In this document: one piece after another, positions 8,940 to 18,536 of the stretch | Position numbering within the stretch: position 1 is the stretch's first letter | Layout: every line of letters begins with the position of its first letter | Origin: a virus | Lineage: Duplodnaviria; Caudoviricetes | Strand: one strand, 5' to 3' | DNA length: 48,142 bases | IMG/VR virus record: IMGVR_UViG_3300031949_000061 | Coordinates: 1-48,142 of that record | The notes under the pieces: model-generated | The model's database searches: none | What the model was told of the DNA's origin: nothing | The model's input: the letters and a program-made list of their open reading frames with translations, nothing else | Translations under genes and position numbers: made by a program

Positions 8940-9923
8940 TTACCAAGACCCTGGAGTCCAAGTCCCAGCGTAGATGTCCTCGGGCCGCATCTGAAGCTCA
9001 TCGTATAGGCCACCGAAGTTGCCGGGGTGGCTGATGCTAGGCGCAGACGGCAGACCCTTGTAGATATTGTCGTAACCCATCTGGTCATACATCTTGTCCG
9101 ACACATAACCAAGCGGCTTATTCATCATACCGAGCTTGTCCATCATGCCAGTTTCCTTCATGACGCCCATCGGACCGCCCTGCTTGAACGCACCAAGGAT
9201 ACCGCCCTTCGACTTACCCTTCATCTTGATACCAACAGCAGCAGCCTTGAAGCTAGGATCGAAGATCATACCAGTAGGATCATCCTTGAAGGTTCCCTTA
9301 TAGCCCTTGAGCTTGCTGCCGGAACTCTTCACCTTGATCTCAGGGAGATTCTGCCCCATACGCATAGCACGAAACTTCTCGCGAAGCTGAACGCGGGCGT
9401 CATCAGCAGTTGCCTGAGCGTCACTGAACCCCTTGAACGCCGGATCATCAGCACGGATGCCAGTGCGCATATTCTCATAGCGCTGCCACCAAGTGTTCTC
9501 TTCGGGATTCATCTTCTTGTCCACTAGCGACATGCGGCCCTGGTGGGCGGTCATCTCGGGCATGGAATCGGGACCGAGATCAACACCCTCAATGAATCCC
9601 TGCTCCGCCTTCAACTTATAAGGCTTAGAAAGTTCAGTACGAGCCTTCTCCTCGAATGCGCCAAGCGCACGAGTGCCAGCAACGTCGCGAAGACGCATAG
9701 CCTGCGAAAGAGCCTGCTCACGCTTAGCAATCTCGGGCCTCTGCTTACGGAAGCCTAGACCAACAGGCATCGCCGCGCCATACGTCGCACGCGAGGTCTT
9801 ATATGCAGCCTGCTGCTCAGGGGTAAGATATTCCTCAGCCGTACCCTCGGCCCACTTGTAGGCTTCCTGGGAGCGACCAGCATCACCCTGCGCGCGGATA
9901 TTTCTACCGTATGATTCTGCCAT
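8940..9923 (-). CDS. Hypothetical Met/Gly/Lys-rich protein (possible internal virion/ejection protein)
   Basis: 327 aa directly after the portal gene; function inferred from composition only. Confidence 0.55.
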   Translation of the reverse strand: MAESYGRNIRAQGDAGRSQEAYKWAEGTAEEYLTPEQQAAYKTSRATYGAAMPVGLGFRKQRPEIAKREQALSQAMRLRDVAGTRALGAFEEKARTELSKPYKLKAEQGFIEGVDLGPDSMPEMTAHQGRMSLVDKKMNPEENTWWQRYENMRTGIRADDPAFKGFSDAQATADDARVQLREKFRAMRMGQNLPEIKVKSSGSKLKGYKGTFKDDPTGMIFDPSFKAAAVGIKMKGKSKGGILGAFKQGGPMGVMKETGMMDKLGMMNKPLGYVSDKMYDQMGYDNIYKGLPSAPSISHPGNFGGLYDELQMRPEDIYAGTWTPGSW

Positions 9924-12173
9924 TTACTGACCGCCTCCTTGGGGGCCGGGCTTCATAGGAGCACCAACCATTGCCATGAATGATGCCTGAGCCTCCATCT
10001 GCTGCTGCTGCATGAGTTCGCGAAGATCGATCTGTCGCTGGTAGATATTGACCAGACCAATGATACCCTGCTGGGCCTTGGGATCGAGATCCATGAAGCC
10101 GTCTTCCTTCATCTCGTTCACGAGGATTGCGTGGAAGATGTAGGGATCATCCTCGGGCAGCAGCACGACGCGGTCCATCCGGTCGTTCTTAATCAGCGAG
10201 ATCATCTTCTTCGCGCGATGTACATCAGGGCCAGCAGGCATAATCGCCTTCTTTAGATCAAGCTCTTCAAGCATGGCCTGACGCATACCGACATCCTGAA
10301 CAGCCCACAGGGCCGGTAGATATTGGAGAATCTCAATCATCCTAGCCTGACGGGCCTCCTTACTAACCAGAGCCAGACTAATCGTATCAACGCGGCAAGT
10401 CACGTTATCGGACAGATCAGTACCAGAGAACTGGGAGATGGAAATGCGACTGTGCTTCTCGCGGGCCAGAACTCGAATACGCTCAGCATACCGATCGTCA
10501 TTCCTGACATAGCGGTTCGTTATCTGAAGCAGAAGCGAGCCCTCTTCCTGAAGCGATTCGTCCCACGCCTGCAATGTTGGAGAGCGACTAGCAAGAGCTT
10601 GCTTTCGCAGAATGTCAATCATAGCTGCCGAGTTCACACCGACAGGCCGTTCACCATGAAGGATCTGCTCCGTACCAGCAATCTTCTCCATCATCGCGAG
10701 GCAGAAATTCTTCTCTTCATTCAACGCAGCAGGAAGGGGCGGAGGATAGACCGGTGCCGGAGCATGGGTAGCAGTTCTACGGGGGTCGTACTCATAAACA
10801 TTACCAGGCATTCCGTTCCAACTATCTTCTCGAACATGCGAGCCCTTGGGAGCAATCCACATTGAGATCGGAGCAGTTCGACGCCACATGATGTTAGTCG
10901 TGTCAATCGAGTTGATCCGCTTGATGTAGGGAAGTAGCTTGGCGATCAGTGACCGACCGAAAATGCTACCGGCCTGAGCCTCCCAGCGGTATCGAATGTA
11001 GGGATGCCAACGTGTGGGCCAGCGAGGGTCGTAGGCCCGAGCGCCCACTTCCTTGGGAGAATCATAGAGAACCGCGTCACCGACCGTGATAATCGTGCGG
11101 CCATTAGGCCACTTCTTGCACGGCGCGCGGTCGAACGTCCTGACAACCCCGTACCCTTCCCACGCATCTGGGGAGCCGAGATAGAGGCTAGGACCGGGAC
11201 CTTCAACTAGAGTCGCGATGCGCTCCCACCACCACATGGACATCTCAGTGATATTCTCTTCCGTGGTGGAGTCAAGGACATCAATGTTCCAGCCCTTCGA
11301 TTTGTTGAGCGCGAACTCGCCGGTGCGGGGCATCTTGCCGTATCGGTCCAGAAGCGAGGAGAGCGGAACGAACTCCTCCTTCATGATCCAGTTCATCTCT
11401 TTGCTGTTCCAAGAGTGACAGTCAGGAAAGTGCATCTGAAATGGGGAGATCACGTTGGAGACAATGTCCCCATACTGAAGCTCATCACGCATGACAGGGC
11501 GACCCTGCTCGTCAACAACCGGCACCTGACGCGGGACTAAAAGCGTCTGCGGCTGCGACCCCTCAGGGAAGACAACCTCAGTCTCAGTCTTGGTCTGCGG
11601 CACTTGCATCCGGCGGGGCATCGTATGATCCCAGTCAATCTCAAGGAATGAAATCCCACAGTGCATAACCAGCCGAGCAAGCTCACGATGCTTCTCCGGC
11701 ATGTCAAGAGCTTCCCACAGATACTCAAGTGTAAGCTCACTAAGCTCAGCCGAGGTCTGGTCTTCATCCCTATCCGACTTCGCAGTAATGCGAGGGCGAG
11801 GGCGGTTCTCCGTGAAGAGAGCCACATTCGTCTCAATGTACGGGCCGAGCAGATCGTTCGTAGGCTTCGGGATGTTCTGGCCGGCCTCGCGAATGACAGA
11901 GAGGTCACCGATGCCGGATGCGCTGGAGTTAGCCAGACGCGAGATCACGATGTCGTTGATGTAGTGTCTGCCGTTGGAGAAGAAGAAGTTCTCCATCCAC
12001 CGAACCGCACGAGCCCAATGAGCGCTCTTACGATCCTGATTCATGGCTTCGCTGTAAGCACGAATAGCACGACCGACGGTGGGGTCCATGTGGCCCACAT
12101 CATCGATCATGTTCAGCTTAGTGCGAGCCGAATCGCCTGCACCGGGCCTGTATGAGATCCCGCCTTCAGCCAT
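9924..12173 (-). CDS. Portal protein (P22/podovirus-like)
   Basis: 749 aa; ISPFQMHFPD, FGRSLIAKLLPYIKRIN, MEKIAGT...GERPVGVNSA, Gln-rich C-terminus. Confidence 0.85.
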   Translation of the reverse strand: MAEGGISYRPGAGDSARTKLNMIDDVGHMDPTVGRAIRAYSEAMNQDRKSAHWARAVRWMENFFFSNGRHYINDIVISRLANSSASGIGDLSVIREAGQNIPKPTNDLLGPYIETNVALFTENRPRPRITAKSDRDEDQTSAELSELTLEYLWEALDMPEKHRELARLVMHCGISFLEIDWDHTMPRRMQVPQTKTETEVVFPEGSQPQTLLVPRQVPVVDEQGRPVMRDELQYGDIVSNVISPFQMHFPDCHSWNSKEMNWIMKEEFVPLSSLLDRYGKMPRTGEFALNKSKGWNIDVLDSTTEENITEMSMWWWERIATLVEGPGPSLYLGSPDAWEGYGVVRTFDRAPCKKWPNGRTIITVGDAVLYDSPKEVGARAYDPRWPTRWHPYIRYRWEAQAGSIFGRSLIAKLLPYIKRINSIDTTNIMWRRTAPISMWIAPKGSHVREDSWNGMPGNVYEYDPRRTATHAPAPVYPPPLPAALNEEKNFCLAMMEKIAGTEQILHGERPVGVNSAAMIDILRKQALASRSPTLQAWDESLQEEGSLLLQITNRYVRNDDRYAERIRVLAREKHSRISISQFSGTDLSDNVTCRVDTISLALVSKEARQARMIEILQYLPALWAVQDVGMRQAMLEELDLKKAIMPAGPDVHRAKKMISLIKNDRMDRVVLLPEDDPYIFHAILVNEMKEDGFMDLDPKAQQGIIGLVNIYQRQIDLRELMQQQQMEAQASFMAMVGAPMKPGPQGGGQ

Positions 12174-12176
12174 GCT

Positions 12177-12425
12177 TTACTCGTACTTCTTTTCTACGTC
12201 AGAAACTTCTTCGTCCAGAAAGCGAATCTTCACTCCCATTTCCTTAGCGATTAGTCGAAGCGCCTGCTTCTTCTCTTCAAGCTCACAGTTGGGCTCATTG
12301 TTCTTCACGTCGTATTCAGCAGCACGCTTAGCGAGATCCTCAAGCTGATTAGGCCATGTAGGCTGAACCCAAACCTCCTTAGGCTGCCCTTTGGCCCAAT
12401 CCATGACCATGCTATAGGTACACAT
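12177..12425 (-). CDS. Conserved phage hypothetical protein
   Basis: Start re-called to MCTYSMVMD; AAEYD...EPNCELEEK. Confidence 0.6.
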   Translation of the reverse strand: MCTYSMVMDWAKGQPKEVWVQPTWPNQLEDLAKRAAEYDVKNNEPNCELEEKKQALRLIAKEMGVKIRFLDEEVSDVEKKYE

Positions 12426-12426
12426 G

Positions 12427-12813
12427 TTAGCTCTCACTATTCCCGTGAAGCGATCTAAATTGCGGCGACCCAGCAACCCTGCTGAGTGCGTCGATCATGT
12501 CGTCCGCATCCCTGAACAAATCACCTTCAAGATCCCGCAGGATGAGGCGATTCGCCTCATTTAGCTGCTGATTCTTCTTGACCATCTCAGGATCAAGCTG
12601 AGGGGCTGCGGCGACTTCTTCAGCGGATTTCATGTCCCTGTAAGCAATCGGCGACTCCTTAGCAATCAGGGCATCTTGCAAAATTCTAACCTGATCACGA
12701 AGACCAGAAGCCTCAGATTCCTTAGAGGCAAGAAATTCCCGAAGCATAGATACTTCCCTTTGGAGTCCAGAAACTTCAGCTACCAACTGATCTTTGTTAC
12801 CGAAGATCGCCAT
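12427..12813 (-). CDS. Coiled-coil hypothetical protein
   Basis: Start re-called to MAIFGNK (TAATG coupling). Confidence 0.65.
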   Translation of the reverse strand: MAIFGNKDQLVAEVSGLQREVSMLREFLASKESEASGLRDQVRILQDALIAKESPIAYRDMKSAEEVAAAPQLDPEMVKKNQQLNEANRLILRDLEGDLFRDADDMIDALSRVAGSPQFRSLHGNSES

Positions 12814-13124
12814 TATTCCGATTCCTCGTCCCAATATCGGCCACTGGCAGCTTCGTGGTTCCCCACGCCGCGCCCCATGCCGTGGGCGTCAGTGTACTTG
12901 CGGAGCTTGCGACTGCGCTCGCCATCATCATCGCGAAGGTCGTTGAGAAGCTCCTTCGCGAAGTTCTGCTTCGTCATGTCATCCTTGAGGGCCGCGGCGA
13001 TGGTTCGCCGGAGCGTCTCAGTAGCAGCCTCGGCCTTCTCCTTCTGCTGCTCGTGCTTTCGTTCCAAGCGACGAATGAGCATCTCATCAGTGCTGTCGTA
13101 GTTCTTCAGCATATCATCAGACAT
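12813..13124 (-). CDS. Hypothetical protein
   Basis: 103 aa, charged and helical, AGGGGG RBS. Confidence 0.65.
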   Translation of the reverse strand: MSDDMLKNYDSTDEMLIRRLERKHEQQKEKAEAATETLRRTIAAALKDDMTKQNFAKELLNDLRDDDGERSRKLRKYTDAHGMGRGVGNHEAASGRYWDEESE

Positions 13125-13133
13125 ACATCCCCC

Positions 13134-13778
13134 TTATGAGTCGGCTCTGACTTGCCAGATCCGAACAGTCGTGAACAAGTTATCCGTAACGTAGAATCCG
13201 GCGTCACTCCCAAAGCCGTCGTTCGCTTGCGTTACCTTACAAAGATGATGAATTTCCAGCGTGGTGCTACGAGCAAGCTGGAAACGCCCAGAAATCATAG
13301 ATCGAGTCTGGGCCATACCAGGGCCGGTGCCGGCAACCCCAGTCCACCCCGACGTATCCACCGAGTATTCTGAAGTACCGAGGACCACGGTTGGGGCGTC
13401 GAAGTTAGTGTAGTCCGTCACATCTGCGAGACGGGCCACATGCTCGCCCACGTTGTGGGCAGGGACGGAGGCATCGATGAAGTAGATCCCGGCAGGGAGA
13501 ACGAATCTGGCACCGTCTCCAGCGACCAGAGTCTCAGGCGCAGTCTCAACGTTCTTGGTGCCGTCGTGTGACATAACCGATGAGGCAAAGTCATTGAAGA
13601 CCACGTTGTTCAGATCGCGGGTACGCCAGTTCTCAGCAGTGAAAGTGCCGCCATCCACGCCCTTGAGCTTTTGATCAACCATCTCAAGGTATGGGGACTG
13701 CAAGCCTTTGTGAAAGAGGGCGTTATCAATAACGTCCATCTTCCGCTTGACGGCCATGTCCCCGCGTACTTCAGCCAT
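13134..13778 (-). CDS. Putative virion protein (jelly-roll/C1q-like beta domain)
   Basis: GGTFTAENWRTRDLN, FVLPAGIYFIDAS; beta-rich. Confidence 0.6.
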   Translation of the reverse strand: MAEVRGDMAVKRKMDVIDNALFHKGLQSPYLEMVDQKLKGVDGGTFTAENWRTRDLNNVVFNDFASSVMSHDGTKNVETAPETLVAGDGARFVLPAGIYFIDASVPAHNVGEHVARLADVTDYTNFDAPTVVLGTSEYSVDTSGWTGVAGTGPGMAQTRSMISGRFQLARSTTLEIHHLCKVTQANDGFGSDAGFYVTDNLFTTVRIWQVRADS

Positions 13779-13785
13779 TGTTTAA

Positions 13786-14067
13786 CTACGCGCCAGGACG
13801 ATAGAGAACAGTAACAAGGCTGGTGCTGGCTTCTACGCCAACGGTCAAACCCTGAGTAACGAACCCGTCAGAAATCTCAAGTGCGAACGTGTTGTCCGCC
13901 GGGACCGTGATCGCAAGGATCTGAGTACCAGCCGCGTTAGTGAACTCGTAATCAATAGCAGCGGCCGTGGTGTTGGCAATGATAATAGCGTACACTGCCA
14001 ACGAGTCGGCCGAAACCACCCGAGCAGAGCCAAGATCATTGTGGTAGATTGCAGTAGCAAGTGCCAT
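13786..14067 (-). CDS. Small putative virion protein
   Basis: 93 aa, beta-rich, first gene after promoter copy 2, AGGAG RBS. Confidence 0.65.
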   Translation of the reverse strand: MALATAIYHNDLGSARVVSADSLAVYAIIIANTTAAAIDYEFTNAAGTQILAITVPADNTFALEISDGFVTQGLTVGVEASTSLVTVLYRPGA

Positions 14068-14082
14068 AAAAGTCTCCTGTCC

Positions 14083-14119
14083 CTATTAGATAATACCGTT
14101 TTGATAAAAGATCAGTCCT
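14083..14119 (-). promoter_or_regulatory. Phage-specific promoter element, copy 2
   Basis: AGGACT-GATCTTTTATCAAAACGG-TATTATCTAATAG. Confidence 0.8.
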
Positions 14120-14138
14120 ATAGAGCGGGACTAATCTA

Positions 14139-15593
14139 TTAATAACCAGAAGTAGCGAATTTCAATTCGGCCGCGGCAAAAAGGCCAACATAACCATCCG
14201 TACCATCATCCCTGGTATTCCACATGCACGTTGAGATGCCAGCGCGGACTTGAACACGGTAGATGTGCGTTCCAGCGCCAGGATCATCAATCCACATGAT
14301 TGAAAACGGGAGCGTCTCGTTATCAGGAGTGGCTCCGAGACCGGATGGAGCATACTGGGCGTGACTACCGAGCAGGGTAGGGTAAAGATTACTACCGGCA
14401 TCGGTCCCGTTCGGAGTGATTGCAGCGCCATTCCTAGTGATACGAAAGAGCGGGTACTGCGAATGATTTGTGTGGATTGTAGTACTAAAGAATAACGCCA
14501 CTTTAGCCGTACCATCCACCGCGATTGTGATAGCCTGCATGCTGCTATCAGCGTAGATAGCACTAGACGTACTCTGCGCCGTGGTCAGTTCCTTATACAA
14601 GAACTTCGAGAACATGTTGATATTGATTGCTACGAATCGATTCAGCGATATTTGTTCATTCGTGTCGGCGGACTCATGCCTGTTACCAATAGTACTAACT
14701 ATAGTATCGCCAACGGCTAAATTCTTTACCGCGAAGGCGCACATCTCATATCTAGGAGATCCGGTAGGATCACGAGTGATTCCAAAATGATACCCGCGAC
14801 CAGTGAGTGTGGAACCTACAGCATTCGTTCGCACGTTCCAAGGATCAGAGCCGTTAACAGTATTGTACCATCTAACAGAGGCATTTGCCGCTGTACCGGT
14901 AGCTGAATGAGTAAGTCGGTTCTGAACAATGAGAAGATGTCGCCCGGCATGTCCAAGAGTGAGTGTAGCAGTAACAGTTTGGTCTTCATCACCGCCTACT
15001 TGATTATTGCAAGCAATAGCTGTTGGGAGAGCTAAATCCCAAGTGTTATCGCGCATACCAAGAGTAGAGCCAACGAAACTAGCGTCATTAGCAGGGGCAA
15101 TAAATAGTGAAGCTCCATTCATATAGAGCCTAGAAGCATCATCAAGCACCATATTGACTCCCCATTCGGAGTTTCTACCTCCGCCTGGGCCTGTGCCGAT
15201 AGACATCAAAGTATCAAAGTCAATCCTATCAGCATCACCAACTACCAGAGGAGCAAAGGGAGTAGCATCAGTGCCAGTAGCGTCAACAGTCGAAGCACCG
15301 GCACCTTCGCGGCAACAAACATGACCATAATGCCCGGTATCGCCACCAACAAAATCAACGTTTGCCGTGATCCACATCAACAGAAAATAATCGGACGCTA
15401 CATCAGTAAGGTCAGCACCAAGAACTGAACCTGTACCCCCTGAATAGAGCACGTCAGTTGAAATACCCGCTTGGGGGCCATTGATAGAACGGAAATAGGA
15501 CTCAGTAACATCAGGCACTCGGTAATCAGCAAAGCTACCACCAATCACGTTGATAGAACGCCCGCCAGTCAGACCGATTGTATTCTTAGGCAT
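14139..15593 (-). CDS. Putative tail/receptor-binding virion protein
   Basis: 484 aa, Gly/Thr/Ala-rich beta protein; C-terminal DDPGAGTHIYRVQ typical of fibre tip domains. Confidence 0.6.
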   Translation of the reverse strand: MPKNTIGLTGGRSINVIGGSFADYRVPDVTESYFRSINGPQAGISTDVLYSGGTGSVLGADLTDVASDYFLLMWITANVDFVGGDTGHYGHVCCREGAGASTVDATGTDATPFAPLVVGDADRIDFDTLMSIGTGPGGGRNSEWGVNMVLDDASRLYMNGASLFIAPANDASFVGSTLGMRDNTWDLALPTAIACNNQVGGDEDQTVTATLTLGHAGRHLLIVQNRLTHSATGTAANASVRWYNTVNGSDPWNVRTNAVGSTLTGRGYHFGITRDPTGSPRYEMCAFAVKNLAVGDTIVSTIGNRHESADTNEQISLNRFVAININMFSKFLYKELTTAQSTSSAIYADSSMQAITIAVDGTAKVALFFSTTIHTNHSQYPLFRITRNGAAITPNGTDAGSNLYPTLLGSHAQYAPSGLGATPDNETLPFSIMWIDDPGAGTHIYRVQVRAGISTCMWNTRDDGTDGYVGLFAAAELKFATSGY

Positions 15594-15596
15594 TGA

Positions 15597-17525
15597 CTAT
15601 CCCGAGAGACGGATGCGGATTCGGCCGCGAAGATGCTCTGCGCCGCTGCTCTCAAACACACTCATAACGAGCGAATCGTTCTCGCGCAGCACATTCCCGC
15701 CAGTAGCCGCCACCTTACGGAAGACGGGCATGATGTAGAACGGGTCGCATCCAGCCACACCGATACCGCGAGGAGAGATCTCGCTGGTGCTGAGAATATA
15801 GAAGCCTACCGTACAAGAGCCTGTAGTCGTAGCAAAAGCCACATCTTCCACGATATAGCCTTGCGGAACGAACGAATCGATGAAGTAGCTAGTCGTAGCC
15901 GGGTTCTCAAGGTCAATGGAGATAGAGTCGATGTTGAGAGAACGACCTACATTATTAACCCCTGGAGCTAAATAGAACCCGGGAGACTTGACCTTGCTAC
16001 CGATATAAGTACCGTCTTTACCGACAATTACAGAATTTTTAGATGAAGATGCCCCAACGCCAAGGGAAATAGTATCATTAGCGGTAATACTAACGGCCAG
16101 ATTTCCAGAAATACCAATATTACCAATAGTACCAAATGTAGTAATATCAATATTTGCATCTTCTGTGGAAATCTGCACAACACCGGCGTTCTGGGCTCCA
16201 ATATCAATTCCAGAAGCAGAAATTGAGATATCAGATCTCGTCAAAATTGTTCCAGGGCCAGTAAGATGCAATGCCGTTTTAGCAGCCACTTCCAAAGAAG
16301 CAGTATCACTGCTAATTTCACCTTCTCTAACGTAAAATGCTTGAGCAGTAATACCTTGTCTGAAAGTATTCCAATCAGCGGCCTTACGGGCGTATTGCGG
16401 GTGATCATCATCAGCAAGACCAGTAAGAGCGCCGTGGTCAGTAACACCGCCACCAGCGCTAGGCTCATTTCGCCACTGCCCGGTACCACTGTCATAAGTG
16501 AGTACCTCTCCATCAGTAAGAGCACCTAGCGTTACATCAGACAGCCCGTCTAGGTCTGTAATCCCGATAGCAGAGGTATTGAGAGACACATGGGCGCGCT
16601 TATGAGCACCGCCATTAGCCTCATCAAGCATGACCTGAACGTAGAAGTAGTTAGAGTCAAAAGTTAGATCTGCGTTCGGGTGCATAAGATGCCGATCAGA
16701 AGGCTGACCATCCGTGCGAACAACGAGATAGAAAGGATCGCGCGGAACGAGGCTGACTGCGCCGATACCGCCAGTAGCGATATAGACAGAGCCAGACACC
16801 GAAGCATGGAAGTAAAAGTAAGCAGTGTTAGGATCGCTGACATCAGCAAGATCAGGGATAACCACACGCTTGTCGCCGTCCATGACCTGAACCATGACAG
16901 GCGAGACGCCGAAGTTGTGCTCAACTGTCCACTCATTACCACTCTTAACGAACTCCTCAGCGCGGCCAATCGGGAAGGTATAGCCAACTTCAATACCGCC
17001 CTGGTTAGCGCCAGAACTGATTCGGCTAAGCTCGAACCCGTCATCCTGATTAAAGAAGAGCTTACTGATATGAAGCCAAGATTCCTGAGTGCTAGCCTCG
17101 CCACCAGTCTCACCTACTTGATAGATGTTCTCAAGGCCGGGACCGTAGAAGCCAGCATCCGACTGAATGCCGCCTTCAGAGGAGACTTGGAACTGGCCGT
17201 CAGAGAACCGGACGCACCAGAGATCTACCCATACGGGAGTCTCCACTGTGCCGTCATTCTTCTGAAGGCAGAACTCGAAAGTTGACTTATTGTAGTAGAA
17301 TCGATACTTGTTGCTGAAGGCGATGTCGCCGTATGCTTGGCCGAGCAAGGCGCGAATGGCGTTCAATTCGTCTTGGCCTTCCTGAAGCTCCTGATAGGAG
17401 TTACGGATTACCGCTTTAGATTCTGCGTGGTTTGATCTTAGTTCGCCCCACTGAAGGTTCAAACTTTTTCCATCAATAACAGGCCAAGGAGAATAAAATG
17501 TGCCAAACCTATCAATATTGGCCAT
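15597..17525 (-). CDS. Tail fibre-like protein
   Basis: 642 aa; WTVEHNFG..P.VQV motif, LDGLSDVTL...DGEVLTYD...W repeat unit, TDHGALTGLADDDHPQY. Confidence 0.7.
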   Translation of the reverse strand: MANIDRFGTFYSPWPVIDGKSLNLQWGELRSNHAESKAVIRNSYQELQEGQDELNAIRALLGQAYGDIAFSNKYRFYYNKSTFEFCLQKNDGTVETPVWVDLWCVRFSDGQFQVSSEGGIQSDAGFYGPGLENIYQVGETGGEASTQESWLHISKLFFNQDDGFELSRISSGANQGGIEVGYTFPIGRAEEFVKSGNEWTVEHNFGVSPVMVQVMDGDKRVVIPDLADVSDPNTAYFYFHASVSGSVYIATGGIGAVSLVPRDPFYLVVRTDGQPSDRHLMHPNADLTFDSNYFYVQVMLDEANGGAHKRAHVSLNTSAIGITDLDGLSDVTLGALTDGEVLTYDSGTGQWRNEPSAGGGVTDHGALTGLADDDHPQYARKAADWNTFRQGITAQAFYVREGEISSDTASLEVAAKTALHLTGPGTILTRSDISISASGIDIGAQNAGVVQISTEDANIDITTFGTIGNIGISGNLAVSITANDTISLGVGASSSKNSVIVGKDGTYIGSKVKSPGFYLAPGVNNVGRSLNIDSISIDLENPATTSYFIDSFVPQGYIVEDVAFATTTGSCTVGFYILSTSEISPRGIGVAGCDPFYIMPVFRKVAATGGNVLRENDSLVMSVFESSGAEHLRGRIRIRLSG

Positions 17526-18135
17526 AATAACTCCTAGTATTACAAGATCTACAAAGTGTAGTCAGATTATAAGAAACAAGAGCAAGCTCAGGATGAGTGC
17601 TCACCGGTTGAATATGCTCAATCGTAAGGTCTTCAGTAGTATTGCAATTAATACAAAACTTAGGAAGGGAAGCGATAGTCTTTGCCAATTCTCTAGTAGT
17701 CTCACGCTTGAACTTAGTAAAATCATAATCATACTGTTTCAGCCGCTTACGCGTCGATAAAATCAAACTACGGGCGCGTTTAGCCTCAGGATTTCGCTCA
17801 TTCCACGCTTTCTTAGCCTTATTCCTAATGACTCTATATTGTTCAGCCTTCTCACCCTTCAAAGCATTATTCTGATGTGTTGTACAAATTTCTCTATTTC
17901 GTTTAATCTGACACTGAATACACCTATAGAGTCCGTCCTTTCGACCAGGACCAATCCGTTTACCTGTAATGAACTCTTCACATTTATTACATCTAATTAG
18001 GGAATTCTTTGTCTTACGAACTTCAACCTTACGCTCACAAACAATTCTAATATGGCAAAACTTGCATCTGGCCTTACCATTATAAAAGTCCTCCACAGAC
18101 TTCTCCTCGCTGCACTTTGAACAAATCTTACTCAT
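17512..18135 (-). CDS. Free-standing HNH endonuclease
   Basis: N-terminal CxxC pairs; C-terminal CINC...LTIEHIQP...NLTTLCRSCN; AT-rich. Confidence 0.85.
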   Translation of the reverse strand: MSKICSKCSEEKSVEDFYNGKARCKFCHIRIVCERKVEVRKTKNSLIRCNKCEEFITGKRIGPGRKDGLYRCIQCQIKRNREICTTHQNNALKGEKAEQYRVIRNKAKKAWNERNPEAKRARSLILSTRKRLKQYDYDFTKFKRETTRELAKTIASLPKFCINCNTTEDLTIEHIQPVSTHPELALVSYNLTTLCRSCNTRSYYGQY

Positions 18136-18361
18136 CTACTATACTTCCTAAGCTGTACCACGTTCCGTCATCAATAAAGGCGTCTAGATTCCAGTCGTCT
18201 ATGCCGTGTTGCAATCCAGATTGTTTAGGAGAGAGAGTAGGGATGAGAGTGAGATCACTAGGCTTGATCAATAACTGACCAGGAGTAACCGTCTGAGACT
18301 GGTGCTGTTCACCATTCTCAGGCAAACGCCATTCATACCGGTCAGACTTGCCGGGGGACAT
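18128..18361 (-). CDS. Hypothetical protein
   Basis: First ORF after promoter copy 3; start re-called to MSPGKSDRY because the longer ORF begins inside the promoter. Confidence 0.5.
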   Translation of the reverse strand: MSPGKSDRYEWRLPENGEQHQSQTVTPGQLLIKPSDLTLIPTLSPKQSGLQHGIDDWNLDAFIDDGTWYSLGSIVDE

Positions 18362-18416
18362 ATTACCATCTTCAATGTCCCACTGATTAGCCAACGATAC
18401 ACCTCTAGTGTGGTCC

Positions 18417-18453
18417 CTATTAGATAATACCGTTTCCAGCAATGTTTAGTCCA
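18417..18453 (-). promoter_or_regulatory. Phage-specific promoter element, copy 3 (divergent pair with copy 4)
   Basis: TGGACT-AAACATTGCTGGAAACGG-TATTATCTAATAG. Confidence 0.8.
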
Positions 18454-18487
18454 GACAAACTGAATGTTTTACTTTATCCTAACTACG

Positions 18488-18524
18488 AGGACGAACCTTT
18501 GGCGGAAACGGTATTATCTAATAG
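18488..18524 (+). promoter_or_regulatory. Phage-specific promoter element, copy 4, driving the recombinase operon
   Basis: AGGACG-AACCTTTGGCGGAAACGG-TATTATCTAATAG, merging into an AGGAGG RBS. Confidence 0.8.
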
Positions 18525-18536
18525 GAGGCAAATGTT

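Noticed and set aside
3527-17525. Diversity-generating retroelement or shufflon acting on fibre genes
   Set aside because: No reverse transcriptase, no adenine-variable TR/VR pair and no repeated crossover sites were seen in the window.
17512-18361. HNH gene as part of a group I intron splitting a fibre gene
   Set aside because: Flanking genes have their own starts and stops overlapping the HNH ORF, leaving no room for intron core structure.
18417-18524. Inverted 19-bp repeats beside the recombinase as its att or inversion sites
   Set aside because: The same non-palindromic element occurs eight times, always oriented towards a downstream gene or transcript and with a fixed-distance upstream hexamer, which fits a promoter better.
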